A stretch of DNA of 64,000 bases from Clostridia bacterium (GTDB lineage: Bacteria > Bacillota > Clostridia > TANB77 > UBA1234), in contig CAAFRB010000098.1 of assembly GCA_900765095.1 (NCBI GenBank), positions 7,887 to 71,886 on the forward strand, written 5' to 3'. Position numbers and translations under genes: made by a program. Within the stretch, counting starts at the first letter, position 1. Every line of letters starts with the position of its first letter. Shown one piece after another: positions 1 to 10,607 of this stretch. The notes beneath the pieces are model-generated. The model was not told the DNA's origin. It saw only the letters and a list, made by a program, of their open reading frames with translations, and made no database searches.

Positions 1-51
1 AGTTTCTAGTAGTTTTAAGACCGTCGACTAAAAAAGAAGGAGAAGAACGCA

Positions 52-729
52 ATGCGTAAGTTTAGAAGTATGTTCAACAGGTTTGGCTATTTCATGGGGT
101 CCGCAACCGAGAACTTTTCACAGTTCTTTTTGGTGTCGATTTTGATGTTCTTTTACGTTTTGGCTTTCAAGTCTGACTATTTGATAATGAGCAAGTACTT
201 TTGGTATACGGCATTTTCGTTTGCTATGGTTGTGGTTATTCTGCCCTCAGTTTCCTTGAAAATCTTACAATCGAAGAAAGTTTCTTCGAAGGTCAAGAAG
301 GTTGTTAAGAAGGTGTTTGTGGCAATTAACTTGATACTGGTTGGAGCATATATGTTCATGTATCCAGTAGTGGGGGTCATTGCAGTTCCTTTGGGGGTTG
401 CATTGTATATCTTTATGCTTTGCTTCTTTTACTGGTTTAGTGATCACCGTTATCCGGGGTTGTATGCTGGGAAACTAGAGAAGCTTTTTGAACGATTTGG
501 GCACCTGGTCGCATTGTTTATGTGGATCTTTTTCATTGGATCCATATTTACAATGTGGTACGTTTTTTTCGGTGTCGTGAGTACCTATTTCGTGATTTTG
601 GCGTCAGTATTGCTTATTGTTCTCTTCGTGATTTGCGGTGCTTACGCATATTATCCGAGAATTTTTTCTACCGAAGATGTTCTGTTCTTCAAAATTGAAG
701 AACCGGCGTTGCCTGTGTGTTTTTTCTAA
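52..729 (+). CDS. Hypothetical polytopic membrane protein; GC (~40%) clearly above neighbourhood
   Basis: 225-aa ORF with RBS aaggag upstream; several hydrophobic helices rich in F/W/Y; codon usage GC-richer than adjacent host genes. Confidence 0.5.
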   Translation: MRKFRSMFNRFGYFMGSATENFSQFFLVSILMFFYVLAFKSDYLIMSKYFWYTAFSFAMVVVILPSVSLKILQSKKVSSKVKKVVKKVFVAINLILVGAYMFMYPVVGVIAVPLGVALYIFMLCFFYWFSDHRYPGLYAGKLEKLFERFGHLVALFMWIFFIGSIFTMWYVFFGVVSTYFVILASVLLIVLFVICGAYAYYPRIFSTEDVLFFKIEEPALPVCFF

Positions 730-779
730 GCACGATATTTTGAACCTTCTAAATGCTGAAATAAGCATTTAGGGGGTTC

Positions 780-917
780 ATTTTTATACAATAGGAAAGA
801 AACAAATTTGCAACCTTTTATGTATCAATTTTCTTTCCTATTGTATAAAAAAACTTTAATTTATGCGGGAGATTTTTATCCTTTTAGGTCAAAAGAATGA
901 AAGAAAATTATGAAATG
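780..917 (+). repeat. Intergenic structured repeat element, copy A (module 1 intact, module 2 with internal deletion)
   Basis: 18-bp inverted repeat TTTTATACAATAGGAAAG...CTTTCCTATTGTATAAAA around a 35-nt spacer, then ttaatttatgcgggagattttt... matching copies at 18573, 35862(-), 60575 and 20155. Confidence 0.65.
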
Positions 918-931
918 AATATATTTTAATT

Positions 932-2102
932 TTGTTAATAGAATGGTATAGGGTGATGTTTGTGAAAATATTGAGGTATGGTTCTACAGGAATTGATGTA
1001 GAGTTATTGCAAAGCACATTAAAGAAAATAGGTTTTTACAATGGAAAGATTGATGGAATTTTCGGGAATCAGACACAAGACGCAGTGTACAATTTTCAAA
1101 GAGAGTTTGGGATAAAAGCTGACGGTGTTGTTGGAGAACAGACTTGGAATAAACTGAAGCCATATATAAATGGAACGGTTGGCAATATTGTTCCAACAGA
1201 TATGAGTTATCCTTACAGAATAATGATGATGAACATAAACTCTTTGAAAAATAAGTATCCGTTTATCGTTGTTGGAAACTATGGCGAAAGTGTTCTAGAA
1301 AGAAAAATTCCGTATATAAAGCTTGGTGTTGGGGAAAAGCAAGTGTTTTATAGTGCTTCTATGCACGCAAACGAATGGATAAACTCAGTTGTCATGATGA
1401 AATTTGTGGAAGAGTATGCAATTGCTTATGAGAATGATGGAAAGCTATTAGATAGAACCATAAGAGAGTTGTATAATGATGTGTCAATATACATAGCACC
1501 CATGGTAAATCCAGATGGCGTGGACTTAGTAACTGGGGATTTAGATATGAATCTTATAGCGTATAGAAACGCGAAAACAATAGGAAACAACTTCCCAAAC
1601 ATTCCATTTCCAAGTGGTTGGAAAGCTAATATACTTCGGGGTAGATATAAATTTACAATTCCCGGCAAATTGGATATTAGCACGAGAAAATAAATTTTCA
1701 CAAGGCTTTGTAAGACCTGCTCCGAGAGATTTTGTAGGATACGGTCCACTTACTGAACCAGAATCACTTGCAATATACAATTTCACATTAGCGAATGATT
1801 TCAAGCTTATACTTGCATATCACACACAAGGCGAAGTTATATTTTGGAGATATTTAAATTTGGAGCCAGATAATGCTCAAAGGATAGGAGAAGAATTTGC
1901 AAAGATAAGTGGATATACATTAGATGATGTAGTAGATACAGGAAGTTATGCTGGATATAGAGATTGGTTTATACAAGATTATAGAAGACCAGGATACACT
2001 ATAGAAACTGGAAGTGGCGTAAATCCGCTTCCTATAGAACAATTTGAAAAAATATATAATGATAATATAGGAATATTAATAACTGCACCATACAGTGTTT
2101 AA
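932..2102 (+). pseudogene. Peptidoglycan-binding domain / M14 zinc peptidase (gamma-D-glutamyl-L-diamino acid endopeptidase-like), disrupted by a +1 frameshift
   Basis: N-terminal PG_binding_1-like motif (GIFGNQTQDAVYNFQREFGIKADGVVG); HANEW zinc motif; GVDINLQFPANW (M14 signature) continues in the other frame from ~1584; two overlapping ORFs 932-1693 and 1614-2102. Confidence 0.65.
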
Positions 2103-2154
2103 TCTATAAAGTTTGTAGCAGAGCACTGTAAGGCGGTTTGACGTAATAAATTAT

Positions 2155-2183
2155 TTGACAGCTAAAGTTTATCCTTGTATAAT
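2155..2183 (+). promoter_or_regulatory. Consensus sigma-A promoter (TTGACA-17-TATAAT)
   Basis: TTGACA at 2155-2160, 17-nt spacer, TATAAT at 2178-2183. Confidence 0.5.
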
Positions 2184-2265
2184 TAGATGCGTGGTGATGT
2201 TTTTGCAGATTTTGTGGAAAGTAATGTGCAAAATGTTACAAATTCGTTACTTTATTTATTGTATA

Positions 2266-2297
2266 AAAAGGCGACCTTGTTATGGTCGCCTAATTTT
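2266..2297 (+). terminator. Hairpin GGCGACC-ttgttat-GGTCGCC followed by uaauuuu (terminator or attenuator-like)
   Basis: 7-bp perfect GC-rich stem, short U-rich tail; sits ~85 nt downstream of the consensus promoter and just before the start of the next CDS. Confidence 0.4.
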
Positions 2298-2317
2298 GAT
2301 ATATGGAGATATTGTTT

Positions 2318-3160
2318 ATGGATTATGAAACTTTAAGTGAAAAAATTAGTTTGATTCAAGAAAAGATTTGTAATGATGATTCAGACTTATTAAGAGCAAT
2401 GTATAGATACGCAAGTCAAAAATATAGTTTGGTATGTCCCCAAAAGGTTGTAAAATCATCAGATTGTGTGAGTGAGGGAAAAATATTTTTAAATGTTGAT
2501 AATATTTCTTTTATTGAAATATGGAACACAAATATGAGAAATAAAGTCAATGCAATATTAGAAGCGATATCAGAAGTGGAAGTAGAACGCCTAGATAAAA
2601 AGATGTTGCATGAAATTATGATGGAAAAAGCTAATGAAAAAAATAGTAAAATAAATGATTCTGATAAGATTAAATTAGATGATATTATCAAGGAATTTCT
2701 TGCTATGGAGCAGGTAAGGGCTAATGATGTTTTGTATGTATGCGATGAGCTATCTAATGATAAAATCTTTTTTATCAACGAGTTTGAAAAGTTTTTAAAA
2801 GCGTTGGAATTAGGAGATAGCAGGAATAAATACATATATGATATGGTTTGTGAAGAACTAGAAAACAATTTCTTAAAATTTAATTTTTGTAATTTTAAAA
2901 ATGATAAGTGTACATCACAACGTCATAAAAACTTTTTTTCGAATAATTATCCTTATTCAAGCACAGATGGTTGCTGTTTTAAAATAATTAATAAATGTCA
3001 GCACAACAATAAGGATGGAACGTGTAAAGTGAAGTGTATTTCCTGCAAGCTTTTCATTTGTCCTTACTTGAGTGCAAGGGGTATCCGGATACTATGCGTC
3101 AGAACTTTTGCTCCTAAGAGCATTTTTTACACCAAGGCAAAGAAGAATACTTGTAAATAG
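2318..3160 (+). CDS. Hypothetical protein with Cys-rich C-terminus
   Basis: ORF with GGAG RBS 9 nt upstream of ATG 2318; C-terminal 80 aa contain >12 Cys (CCFKIINKC...CKVKCISCKLFIC); no recognisable family. Confidence 0.45.
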   Translation: MDYETLSEKISLIQEKICNDDSDLLRAMYRYASQKYSLVCPQKVVKSSDCVSEGKIFLNVDNISFIEIWNTNMRNKVNAILEAISEVEVERLDKKMLHEIMMEKANEKNSKINDSDKIKLDDIIKEFLAMEQVRANDVLYVCDELSNDKIFFINEFEKFLKALELGDSRNKYIYDMVCEELENNFLKFNFCNFKNDKCTSQRHKNFFSNNYPYSSTDGCCFKIINKCQHNNKDGTCKVKCISCKLFICPYLSARGIRILCVRTFAPKSIFYTKAKKNTCK

Positions 3161-3370
3161 CTTTTTCGAGCCAGAAAGTTATATATTGAATAAGCTTGAA
3201 AAGTACTCTGTTAGAAAATAATGTAAAAAAAGTAGACATTTTTATCGAATTATGTAGACAAAAAGAGAAGATTATGGTAAAATAACAATGTCGTGAGGAA
3301 TAAAGTTCCTCGAATGAGAATAAAAATACATTAAGAAATTAAGAAAAATGCAAATGAGGGGGATAAGAAA

Positions 3371-4042
3371 GTGATAAATTATAGCGAAAATAATGTAATT
3401 ACACTTGTTGGTACAATAGCTTCGGAAAAAGTTTTTAGCCATGAGGTGTATGGTGAAGGGTTTTATAGCTTTAATGTGGAAGTGCCTAGGTTGAGTGATA
3501 ATAACGATATAATTCCTGTCACAGTATCTGAAAGAATACTAACAGATGAATTTACAGTTGGAAAGAAAGTTGTTATTGATGGTCAATTCAGATCATATAA
3601 TAACTACGAGAACGAAAAAAACAAATTGGTTTTAACAGTTTTTGTAAAGGATATAAGACTTCAAAGAGAAGATGAAGAAGTACAAAATCCAAATGAAATA
3701 TGCTTAACAGGTTTTATATGTAAAAAGCCTATATATAGAACAACACCATTTGGTAGAGAGATAGCTGATATTTTACTTGCAGTAAATAGAGCATATAACA
3801 AATCTGATTACATACCATGTATTGCATGGGGAAGAAATGCAAGATTTTGTCAGAATATTTCGATTGGTGAAAAAGTTACACTTTGGGGAAGAATTCAAAG
3901 TAGACAATATGAAAAGAAATTTGAAGATGGAACATCAGAGATTAGAAGAGCTTATGAAGTTTCTATATCAAAGATGGAAATTCAAAAAAATAGTGAAGAA
4001 GAAGTACAAGAAGATTGCAATATTGAGGGGCAAAACGCATAA
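3371..4042 (+). CDS. Tandem OB-fold, SSB-like nucleic-acid-binding protein (non-canonical; no DDDIPF-type acidic SSB C-terminal tail)
   Basis: GTG start after RBS gaggggga; two SSB-like OB-fold segments (VITLVGTI...KVVIDGQFRSY and ICLTGFI...VTLWGRIQSRQYE). Confidence 0.4.
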   Translation: MINYSENNVITLVGTIASEKVFSHEVYGEGFYSFNVEVPRLSDNNDIIPVTVSERILTDEFTVGKKVVIDGQFRSYNNYENEKNKLVLTVFVKDIRLQREDEEVQNPNEICLTGFICKKPIYRTTPFGREIADILLAVNRAYNKSDYIPCIAWGRNARFCQNISIGEKVTLWGRIQSRQYEKKFEDGTSEIRRAYEVSISKMEIQKNSEEEVQEDCNIEGQNA

Positions 4043-4070
4043 TATTCATAATAATCATCCTCTATTCAAC

Positions 4071-4112
4071 GTCAGGTAAGATGTAGTAAATAGTCTTACC
4101 TGGCGTTTTTGC
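4071..4112 (+). terminator. Rho-independent terminator
   Basis: caggtaaga...tcttacctg stem followed by gcgttttt. Confidence 0.5.
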
Positions 4113-4162
4113 TTGTTGCAATATTTTCGACAATGTGGTACCATTAAGCACGAGGTGAAAAT

Positions 4163-4786
4163 ATGAAAGAAGCAGAGATAGAGCGACTTATAAAACTTAG
4201 TGAATATGAAAAGAAATGTTATGAGAATGGATATAAATATATAGCAGGAATAGATGAAGCAGGGCGAGGTCCGCTTGCTGGCCCTGTAGTAGCAGCGGCA
4301 GTAATATTACCTAAAGACTGTCTTATAGAAGGGGTAAATGATTCTAAAAAAGTATCTGAAAAGAAAAGAGAAAAACTTTATGATGTAATTATCCAAAATG
4401 CTGTTGCTTGGGGTGTTGGAATAATGGACAACAATGTTATAGATGAAATAAACATATTAAACGCAACAAGAAAAGCTATGCATACAGCAATAGAAGAATT
4501 ACAAGTAAAACCAGATTATATACTTATAGATGCAGAGAAAAAGGTTGATACGAATGGAATACCATATCTGCCAATAATAAAAGGGGATGCATTAAGTATT
4601 TCGATTGCAGCGGCTTCAATAATAGCCAAAGTAACAAGGGATAGAATGATGCGAGAATATGACAAAATATTTCCAATGTATGGCTTTGAAAAACATAAAG
4701 GATATGGCACGAAGGCACACGTGGAAGCCATAAGAGAAAATGGTCTTTGCATGATACATAGAAAATCGTTTTGCACAAAAATATGA
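4163..4786 (+). CDS. rnhB: Ribonuclease HII
   Basis: [21 protein letters not shown] catalytic motif; length 207 aa. Confidence 0.9.
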   Translation: MKEAEIERLIKLSEYEKKCYENGYKYIAGIDEAGRGPLAGPVVAAAVILPKDCLIEGVNDSKKVSEKKREKLYDVIIQNAVAWGVGIMDNNVIDEINILNATRKAMHTAIEELQVKPDYILIDAEKKVDTNGIPYLPIIKGDALSISIAAASIIAKVTRDRMMREYDKIFPMYGFEKHKGYGTKAHVEAIRENGLCMIHRKSFCTKI

Positions 4787-4887
4787 CAAAAAGCTTGAGT
4801 TAAGGTTAAATTAATGTTACAATTTCGTTACAGATATTGACATAAATGGTAAATCTATTTAAAATAAAGAAGTGAAAGAGGAATCTT

Positions 4888-5436
4888 ATGCGTATTATTG
4901 CAGGAAAGAAAAAAGGACTTAATATAAAGACGATAGATGGTGATTCTACTAGGCCTACTAGGGACATGGTTAGAGAAGCCTTGTTTAGTATATTAACTAA
5001 CAAAATTTATGATTCTAGATTTCTTGATTTGTTCGCAGGTAGTGGTGCAATTGGCATTGAGGCTTTAAGCCGAGGCTCAATATTTGCAGTATTTACTGAT
5101 ATCAACTATAAATGTGTTCGTGTAATTGAAGAGAATATTACAAAAGCTGGTTTTAGTGAACAAGCGCAGGTTTATAATGCGGATTACAAACTTGCGTTAA
5201 AAAAACTTAAGGAAAATAAATTTGATATAATTTATATCGATCCACCATATAACAAGGGAATGGGAATAGATGCGATTGAGAAAATTTCAGAATATCAACT
5301 TCTATCAGAAGATGGTGTACTTATCCTTGAAACTGATACTAATGAAGAAGTGCCAAATGAAATTGGTATATATGAAAAGTATAATAACAAAAGATATGGA
5401 AGAAATATATTGAATTTGTTTAGGCGAAAGGGGTAA
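4888..5436 (+). CDS. rsmD: 16S rRNA (guanine966-N2)-methyltransferase RsmD
   Basis: TRPTxDxVREALF, FLDLFAGSGAIGIEALSRG SAM motif, IYIDPPY motif. Confidence 0.85.
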   Translation: MRIIAGKKKGLNIKTIDGDSTRPTRDMVREALFSILTNKIYDSRFLDLFAGSGAIGIEALSRGSIFAVFTDINYKCVRVIEENITKAGFSEQAQVYNADYKLALKKLKENKFDIIYIDPPYNKGMGIDAIEKISEYQLLSEDGVLILETDTNEEVPNEIGIYEKYNNKRYGRNILNLFRRKG

Positions 5437-5442
5437 CGCGTT

Positions 5443-5880
5443 ATGGAAGTACTAACGTTGTTAGAAACTATTGAAGAGATGCTTCAGAGAAGTGCGACTA
5501 TACCACTTACGAAGAAATCTCTCGTAGATAAAGATGAAATACTTGCAGTTATAAATGAGATAAGGACAAAGCTACCAGATGAACTAAAACAAGCAAAATG
5601 GGTAAAAGAAGAAAGACAAAAGATATTGGTAGATGCACAGAAAGAAGCTAATCAATTAATTAAAGAAGCTGAAAATAGAATAATAGCAATGATTGATGAA
5701 CATGAAATTACTAAAAAGGCTTATGAACAAAAGACAGAGATTATCGATAGTGCTAATGCTTTTTCAAAGGATTTGATAGAAGGCACAAAGAAATATGCTG
5801 ATGAAATCCTTGCAGAGTTGGAAGCAAACCTACAAGATAAAATAGAAGTGATTAAAGATAATAGAAAAGAACTTAGATAG
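5443..5880 (+). CDS. Hypothetical coiled-coil protein
   Basis: 145-aa charged, heptad-rich ORF directly after rsmD; no family recognised. Confidence 0.4.
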   Translation: MEVLTLLETIEEMLQRSATIPLTKKSLVDKDEILAVINEIRTKLPDELKQAKWVKEERQKILVDAQKEANQLIKEAENRIIAMIDEHEITKKAYEQKTEIIDSANAFSKDLIEGTKKYADEILAELEANLQDKIEVIKDNRKELR

Positions 5881-6125
5881 GTAATGCATAAAGTTTTATA
5901 GAAGCATTTGCTAGATTAATTTAAGTATATAATTGAATAATTTAAGGGCTGAACTTTAGAAAAACTTTGAGAGATTGGATAAATGATCGAAGCTTTTTTG
6001 CCTTTGATTGTACTAAGAATAAAATGACTACTCTTTTGACATGGGAGTAGCCTTTTTTTATATAGTAGAAAAGTAATGAATAATTCGGCAAATGGCTGTA
6101 AATACTTATTTTAATTGCAATTCCT

Positions 6126-6154
6126 ATTGACAAAGTATGAATTGAAAACTATAA
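6126..6154 (+). promoter_or_regulatory. Consensus sigma-A promoter of the suf operon (TTGACA-17-TATAAT)
   Basis: TTGACA 6126-6131, 17-nt spacer, TATAAT 6149-6154, 40 nt upstream of sufC. Confidence 0.5.
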
Positions 6155-6195
6155 TTACTACTGAAATACTATGAAATAAAAGGTAAGGAGATAAT

Positions 6196-6942
6196 ATGAA
6201 TAGTTTATTAGAGATAAAAGACTTGCATGCTGTTGCAGGTGAAAAAGAAATTTTGAATGGACTTAATTTGAATGTTAATAAAGGTGAAGTGCATGTTATA
6301 ATGGGCCCCAATGGTGCTGGCAAATCAACATTAGCTAATGTTATTTTAAATAATCCAGAGTACAGAAAAACTTGTGGAAGTGTGTTTTTTGACGGCGAAG
6401 ATATTAGCAATCTTTCAACAGATAAAATTGCTAAAAAAGGTGTTTTTATGTCGTTCCAGTCACCAGAAGAAATTCCTGGAATATCTACGTTTAACTTTTT
6501 AAAAGTGGCTAAGAACAAAATCGAAGAAAAGCCTATTAAAGTCTTTGAACTTAAAGATGCTGTGAAAAAGTACATGGAAGAATTGAATATGAATTCAAAA
6601 CTCATCGACAGAAATTTAAATGTTGGTTTTTCTGGTGGCGAGAAAAAGAAAAATGAGATTTTACAAATGCTTGTTTTAAATCCAAAGCTTGTAATACTAG
6701 ATGAAACTGACTCTGGACTTGATGTTGATGCGGTAAAGGCTGTTTCTAAAGGTATTGAAATGTATAAGTCAGCAGATAATGCAGTTGTCATTATCACGCA
6801 TAATATGAAAATTTTAGAGAGTTTAGATGTTGATTATGTGCATATTCTTGTTGATGGTAAGATTGTAGAAACTGGTACTGCCAAACTTGCAAGTGAAATA
6901 GAAGAAAATGGCTTCGGAAAATACAAAAAGGCAGGTATTTAG
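6196..6942 (+). CDS. sufC: Fe-S cluster assembly ATPase SufC
   Basis: Walker A GPNGAGKST, ABC signature FSGGEKK, SufC length. Confidence 0.9.
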   Translation: MNSLLEIKDLHAVAGEKEILNGLNLNVNKGEVHVIMGPNGAGKSTLANVILNNPEYRKTCGSVFFDGEDISNLSTDKIAKKGVFMSFQSPEEIPGISTFNFLKVAKNKIEEKPIKVFELKDAVKKYMEELNMNSKLIDRNLNVGFSGGEKKKNEILQMLVLNPKLVILDETDSGLDVDAVKAVSKGIEMYKSADNAVVIITHNMKILESLDVDYVHILVDGKIVETGTAKLASEIEENGFGKYKKAGI

Positions 6943-6944
6943 TT

Positions 6945-8342
6945 ATGAAAACGAATGTACAAGAAGTAAATAGAAATATTTATGATTTTAAGAATAAAGA
7001 TGAATATGAATTTAAGATGAAGAAGGGCTTAAACAAAGAGATTGTAGAAGAGATTTCAAAGCAAAAAAATGATCCAGACTGGATGCGAAGAATTCGTCTT
7101 GATGCTTTAGAAATGTATGAAAAACTTGAACTTCCAACTTGGGGACCTGACCTTTCTGAACTTAACATGGATGAAATTGCAACTTATGTTAAACCTAAGT
7201 CTAAGCTTAATTCTAGTTGGGATGATGTTCCTGAAGATATTAAAGATACTTTTGACAAGCTAGGAATACCAGATGCTGAAAAGAAGTCTTTAGGTGGCGT
7301 TGGTGCACAGTATGATTCAGAGGTTGTTTATCATAGCATGAAGGAAGATTTGCTTAAGCAAGGTGTAATATATACAGATATGGAAACGGCCGTTAAAGAG
7401 TATCCTGATATTGTTAAAGAATATTTCATGAAGTGCGTGCCTATAAGCGACCATAAATTTGTTGCATTACATGCTGCAGTTTGGTCTGGAGGATCTTTTG
7501 TATATGTACCAAAAGGAGTTAAATTGGATATTCCACTACAATCATACTTTAGGTTAAATTCTCCAGAATCTGGTCAATTTGAACATACTTTAATAATTGT
7601 AGATGAAGGTGCAAGTCTTCATTTTATAGAGGGCTGCTCGGCTCCTAAGTATAATAAGGTTAATCTACATGCAGGTTGCGTTGAATTATATGTTAAAGAT
7701 AATGCTTATTTAAGATATTCGACAATAGAAAATTGGTCAAAAAATATGATGAACCTAAATACCAAAAAAGCGATTGTTGGTAAAAATGCTCAAATTGATT
7801 GGGTTACGGGTTCATTTGGTTCTAAAGTTTCTATGTTATATCCTATGAGCATTTTAAATGGCGAAGGCGCAAAGACAGAATATACAGGAATCACATTTGC
7901 AGGAAAAGGTCAAAATTTAGACACAGGTTTTAAAGTTATCCATAATGCTCCTAATACATCATCAGTTGTTAATTCAAAATCTATATCTAAAAATGGTGGA
8001 GCGTGTACTTACAGAGCATTGGTAAGAATAAATGAAAATGCAGTTAATTCTAAATGTAGTGTAAGCTGTGAATCTTTGATGCTTGACGATTTTTCACGTT
8101 CTGATACTATTCCTGTAAATGACATTAGAACTGATGAAGTGGAATTTTCTCATGAAGCAAAAATCGGAAAGATTAGTGATAAAGAAATCTTTTATTTGAT
8201 GAGTAGGGGACTAACTGAAGAAGATGCGAAAGCTATGATAGTTAGAGGTTTTGCATATCCTGTTTCTAAAGAACTTCCTGTTGAATATGCTGTTGAAATG
8301 AATAACTTAATAAATCTTGAATTAGAAGGGAGTATAGGATAG
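6945..8342 (+). CDS. sufB: Fe-S cluster assembly protein SufB
   Basis: 465 aa, conserved SufB C-terminal region (EIFYLMSRGLTEEDAKAMIVRGF). Confidence 0.9.
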   Translation: MKTNVQEVNRNIYDFKNKDEYEFKMKKGLNKEIVEEISKQKNDPDWMRRIRLDALEMYEKLELPTWGPDLSELNMDEIATYVKPKSKLNSSWDDVPEDIKDTFDKLGIPDAEKKSLGGVGAQYDSEVVYHSMKEDLLKQGVIYTDMETAVKEYPDIVKEYFMKCVPISDHKFVALHAAVWSGGSFVYVPKGVKLDIPLQSYFRLNSPESGQFEHTLIIVDEGASLHFIEGCSAPKYNKVNLHAGCVELYVKDNAYLRYSTIENWSKNMMNLNTKKAIVGKNAQIDWVTGSFGSKVSMLYPMSILNGEGAKTEYTGITFAGKGQNLDTGFKVIHNAPNTSSVVNSKSISKNGGACTYRALVRINENAVNSKCSVSCESLMLDDFSRSDTIPVNDIRTDEVEFSHEAKIGKISDKEIFYLMSRGLTEEDAKAMIVRGFAYPVSKELPVEYAVEMNNLINLELEGSIG

Positions 8343-8344
8343 GT

Positions 8345-9355
8345 ATGGAATTAAATAATACACCAGTTAGAACATCTAAAAATTTTAATATAAATAATGT
8401 AAAACTAGATTTTGAAATTCTACAAAATATTAATACTTTTAATAATATAGAATTATCTTGTGAAAACTCTTCTATGAATGAAGATTTAGATTTTGTTTAT
8501 GGTGTTGGACTTGGTTTTAAAAGTTCAAATCATAAGGTTAATGTTAACTTAAAAGATGACGATAATGTAAAAATTATTTATACTTTTGATGATAATAATT
8601 TGAATTTAGTTAATGAACTTTTAGTGCAAGCAAGCGGTAATTCAACTCTTACTATTGTGTATAATTCTAAAACTATGAAACATTGCTTTCATAACGGTGG
8701 ACTAAAAATAATTGCTAATGATGATGTAAAGCTTAACGTTAATGTAATAAATTTTTTGAATGAGGAGTCTGATAATTTTGAAAGTATCGAAAATGTAATT
8801 GGTAAAAATTCAAAAGTTAATTATACTATTATTGACCTTGGTGGAAAAAACAGTATTACTAATTATTATGCAGATATTAAAGGTGAAAGTGCTGAAAATG
8901 ACTTAAAAACTATTTACTTAGGAACTGATAATCAATTAAAAGATATTAATTATATTGCAGAACTTAGAGGAAAGAAAACAAATGTAGATATTGATGTACA
9001 AGGTGCTTTAGCAGGAAGTGCTAAAAAGAATTTTAAAGGTACTATCGATTTTAAAAGTGGTTGCAAAAAATCGAAAGGTAATGAGAATGAATTTTGTATG
9101 TTGTTATCTGACAAAGCAAAATCTATTGCATTACCAATGCTTTTATGCAGTGAAGACGATGTAGAAGGAAATCATTCGACGGCTTCTGGTAAGGTTGATA
9201 ATAAGATTTTGTTTTATGTTATGAGCAGAGGATTAAGCTATAAAGAAGCAGTTAAATTACTTGTAAAGTCTAACTTTACAACAATTATAGATAGAATTTC
9301 TGACGAAAATTTAAAAGAAGAAGTAATCAGAAGGATTGATGAAAAATTAGATTAG
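8345..9355 (+). CDS. sufD: Fe-S cluster assembly protein SufD
   Basis: SufB/D-family C-terminus (ILFYVMSRGLSYKEAVKLLV); position between sufB and sufS. Confidence 0.75.
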   Translation: MELNNTPVRTSKNFNINNVKLDFEILQNINTFNNIELSCENSSMNEDLDFVYGVGLGFKSSNHKVNVNLKDDDNVKIIYTFDDNNLNLVNELLVQASGNSTLTIVYNSKTMKHCFHNGGLKIIANDDVKLNVNVINFLNEESDNFESIENVIGKNSKVNYTIIDLGGKNSITNYYADIKGESAENDLKTIYLGTDNQLKDINYIAELRGKKTNVDIDVQGALAGSAKKNFKGTIDFKSGCKKSKGNENEFCMLLSDKAKSIALPMLLCSEDDVEGNHSTASGKVDNKILFYVMSRGLSYKEAVKLLVKSNFTTIIDRISDENLKEEVIRRIDEKLD

Positions 9356-9367
9356 AAAGGCAATAAT

Positions 9368-10591
9368 ATGAACGTAGAAGAGATAAAAAAAGATTTTCCA
9401 ATTTTTAATAATAGAGATGTTGTTTATTTAGATAGTGGGGCTACAACTCAAAAACCACAATGTGTTATTGATGCTGTTAATAAGTTTTACGAGAATAGCA
9501 ACGCTAATCCACATAGAGGAGCATATTCTTTAAGTATTGAAGCCACAGAGGTATATGAGAATACCAGAAGGAAGATTGCAAAGTTTATAAATGCTAAATC
9601 ATCTGAAGAAATAATCTTTACGAAAAATGCAAGTGAAAGTTTAAATTTAGTAGCGTATTCTTATGGGTTAGATACCTTAAACGAGAATGATGAAGTAGTG
9701 TTGTCGATTATGGAACATCATTCTAATTTGGTTCCATGGCAGATGGTGACTAAGAAGACGAAGAGCAATTTGAAATACATGTATATAAACGATGAGTATG
9801 AACTTTCAAAGGATGAGGTTGAATCAAAGATAACAGATAAAACAAAGATTGTTGCAATAACGCATGTTTCAAATGTTTTGGGCACTATTAACAATGTTAA
9901 AGAAATAATCAAGTATGCACATAAAAAAGGTGCAAAAGTTTTACTTGATGCTTCTCAGAGCATACCTCATATGAAAGTGGACGTTCAAGATTTAGATGCT
10001 GATTTTGTTATTTTTTCTGGTCATAAGATGCTTGCACCACTTGGAATTGGAGTACTGTATGCCAAAAAAGAAATATTAAATAAAATGAATCCGTTTCTAA
10101 TGGGTGGAGATATGATAGAATACGTCTATGAGCAAGAAACAACTTTTGCTCCACTTCCAAACAAATTTGAAGCTGGTACACAAAATGTTGGTGGAGTGGT
10201 TGGATTAGGTGCAGCTATTGATTATATAGAAAAAATCGGATATGATGAAATTCGAAAATATGAAGATGAGGTTGTCGGATATGCTATTGACGAACTTTCA
10301 AAATTGGATTATTTAACTTTGTATATTACTCCGAATAAAACCAATCATTCATCTGTTATTTCTTTTAACATAAAAGGCGTGCATCCACATGATGTTGCCA
10401 GCATATTGGATTCTGAAAATGTGTGCGTTCGTTCTGGCAATCATTGTGCACAGCCACTTATGAGATTTTTAGGGATAGATTCTACTTGTAGAGCGAGCTT
10501 TTACTTTTACAACACAAAAGAAGATGTCGACAGACTTGTTAAAGCATTGAATAAAGCGTATAATATGTTTGAAAAATATATGAAAAAATAA
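9368..10591 (+). CDS. sufS: Cysteine desulfurase SufS
   Basis: PLP-dependent class V aminotransferase motifs (SGHKMLAPLGIGVLY; RSGNHCAQP). Confidence 0.9.
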   Translation: MNVEEIKKDFPIFNNRDVVYLDSGATTQKPQCVIDAVNKFYENSNANPHRGAYSLSIEATEVYENTRRKIAKFINAKSSEEIIFTKNASESLNLVAYSYGLDTLNENDEVVLSIMEHHSNLVPWQMVTKKTKSNLKYMYINDEYELSKDEVESKITDKTKIVAITHVSNVLGTINNVKEIIKYAHKKGAKVLLDASQSIPHMKVDVQDLDADFVIFSGHKMLAPLGIGVLYAKKEILNKMNPFLMGGDMIEYVYEQETTFAPLPNKFEAGTQNVGGVVGLGAAIDYIEKIGYDEIRKYEDEVVGYAIDELSKLDYLTLYITPNKTNHSSVISFNIKGVHPHDVASILDSENVCVRSGNHCAQPLMRFLGIDSTCRASFYFYNTKEDVDRLVKALNKAYNMFEKYMKK

Positions 10592-10607
10592 AAGAAAGGC
10601 AAAAAAT

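Noticed and set aside
3822-4079. 85-aa + strand ORF overlapping the SSB-like gene
   Set aside because: Alternate frame of a coherent OB-fold gene, with a Lys-rich nonsense product.
6111-6797. 228-aa minus-strand ORF
   Set aside because: Fully antisense to the well-conserved sufC gene, so spurious.
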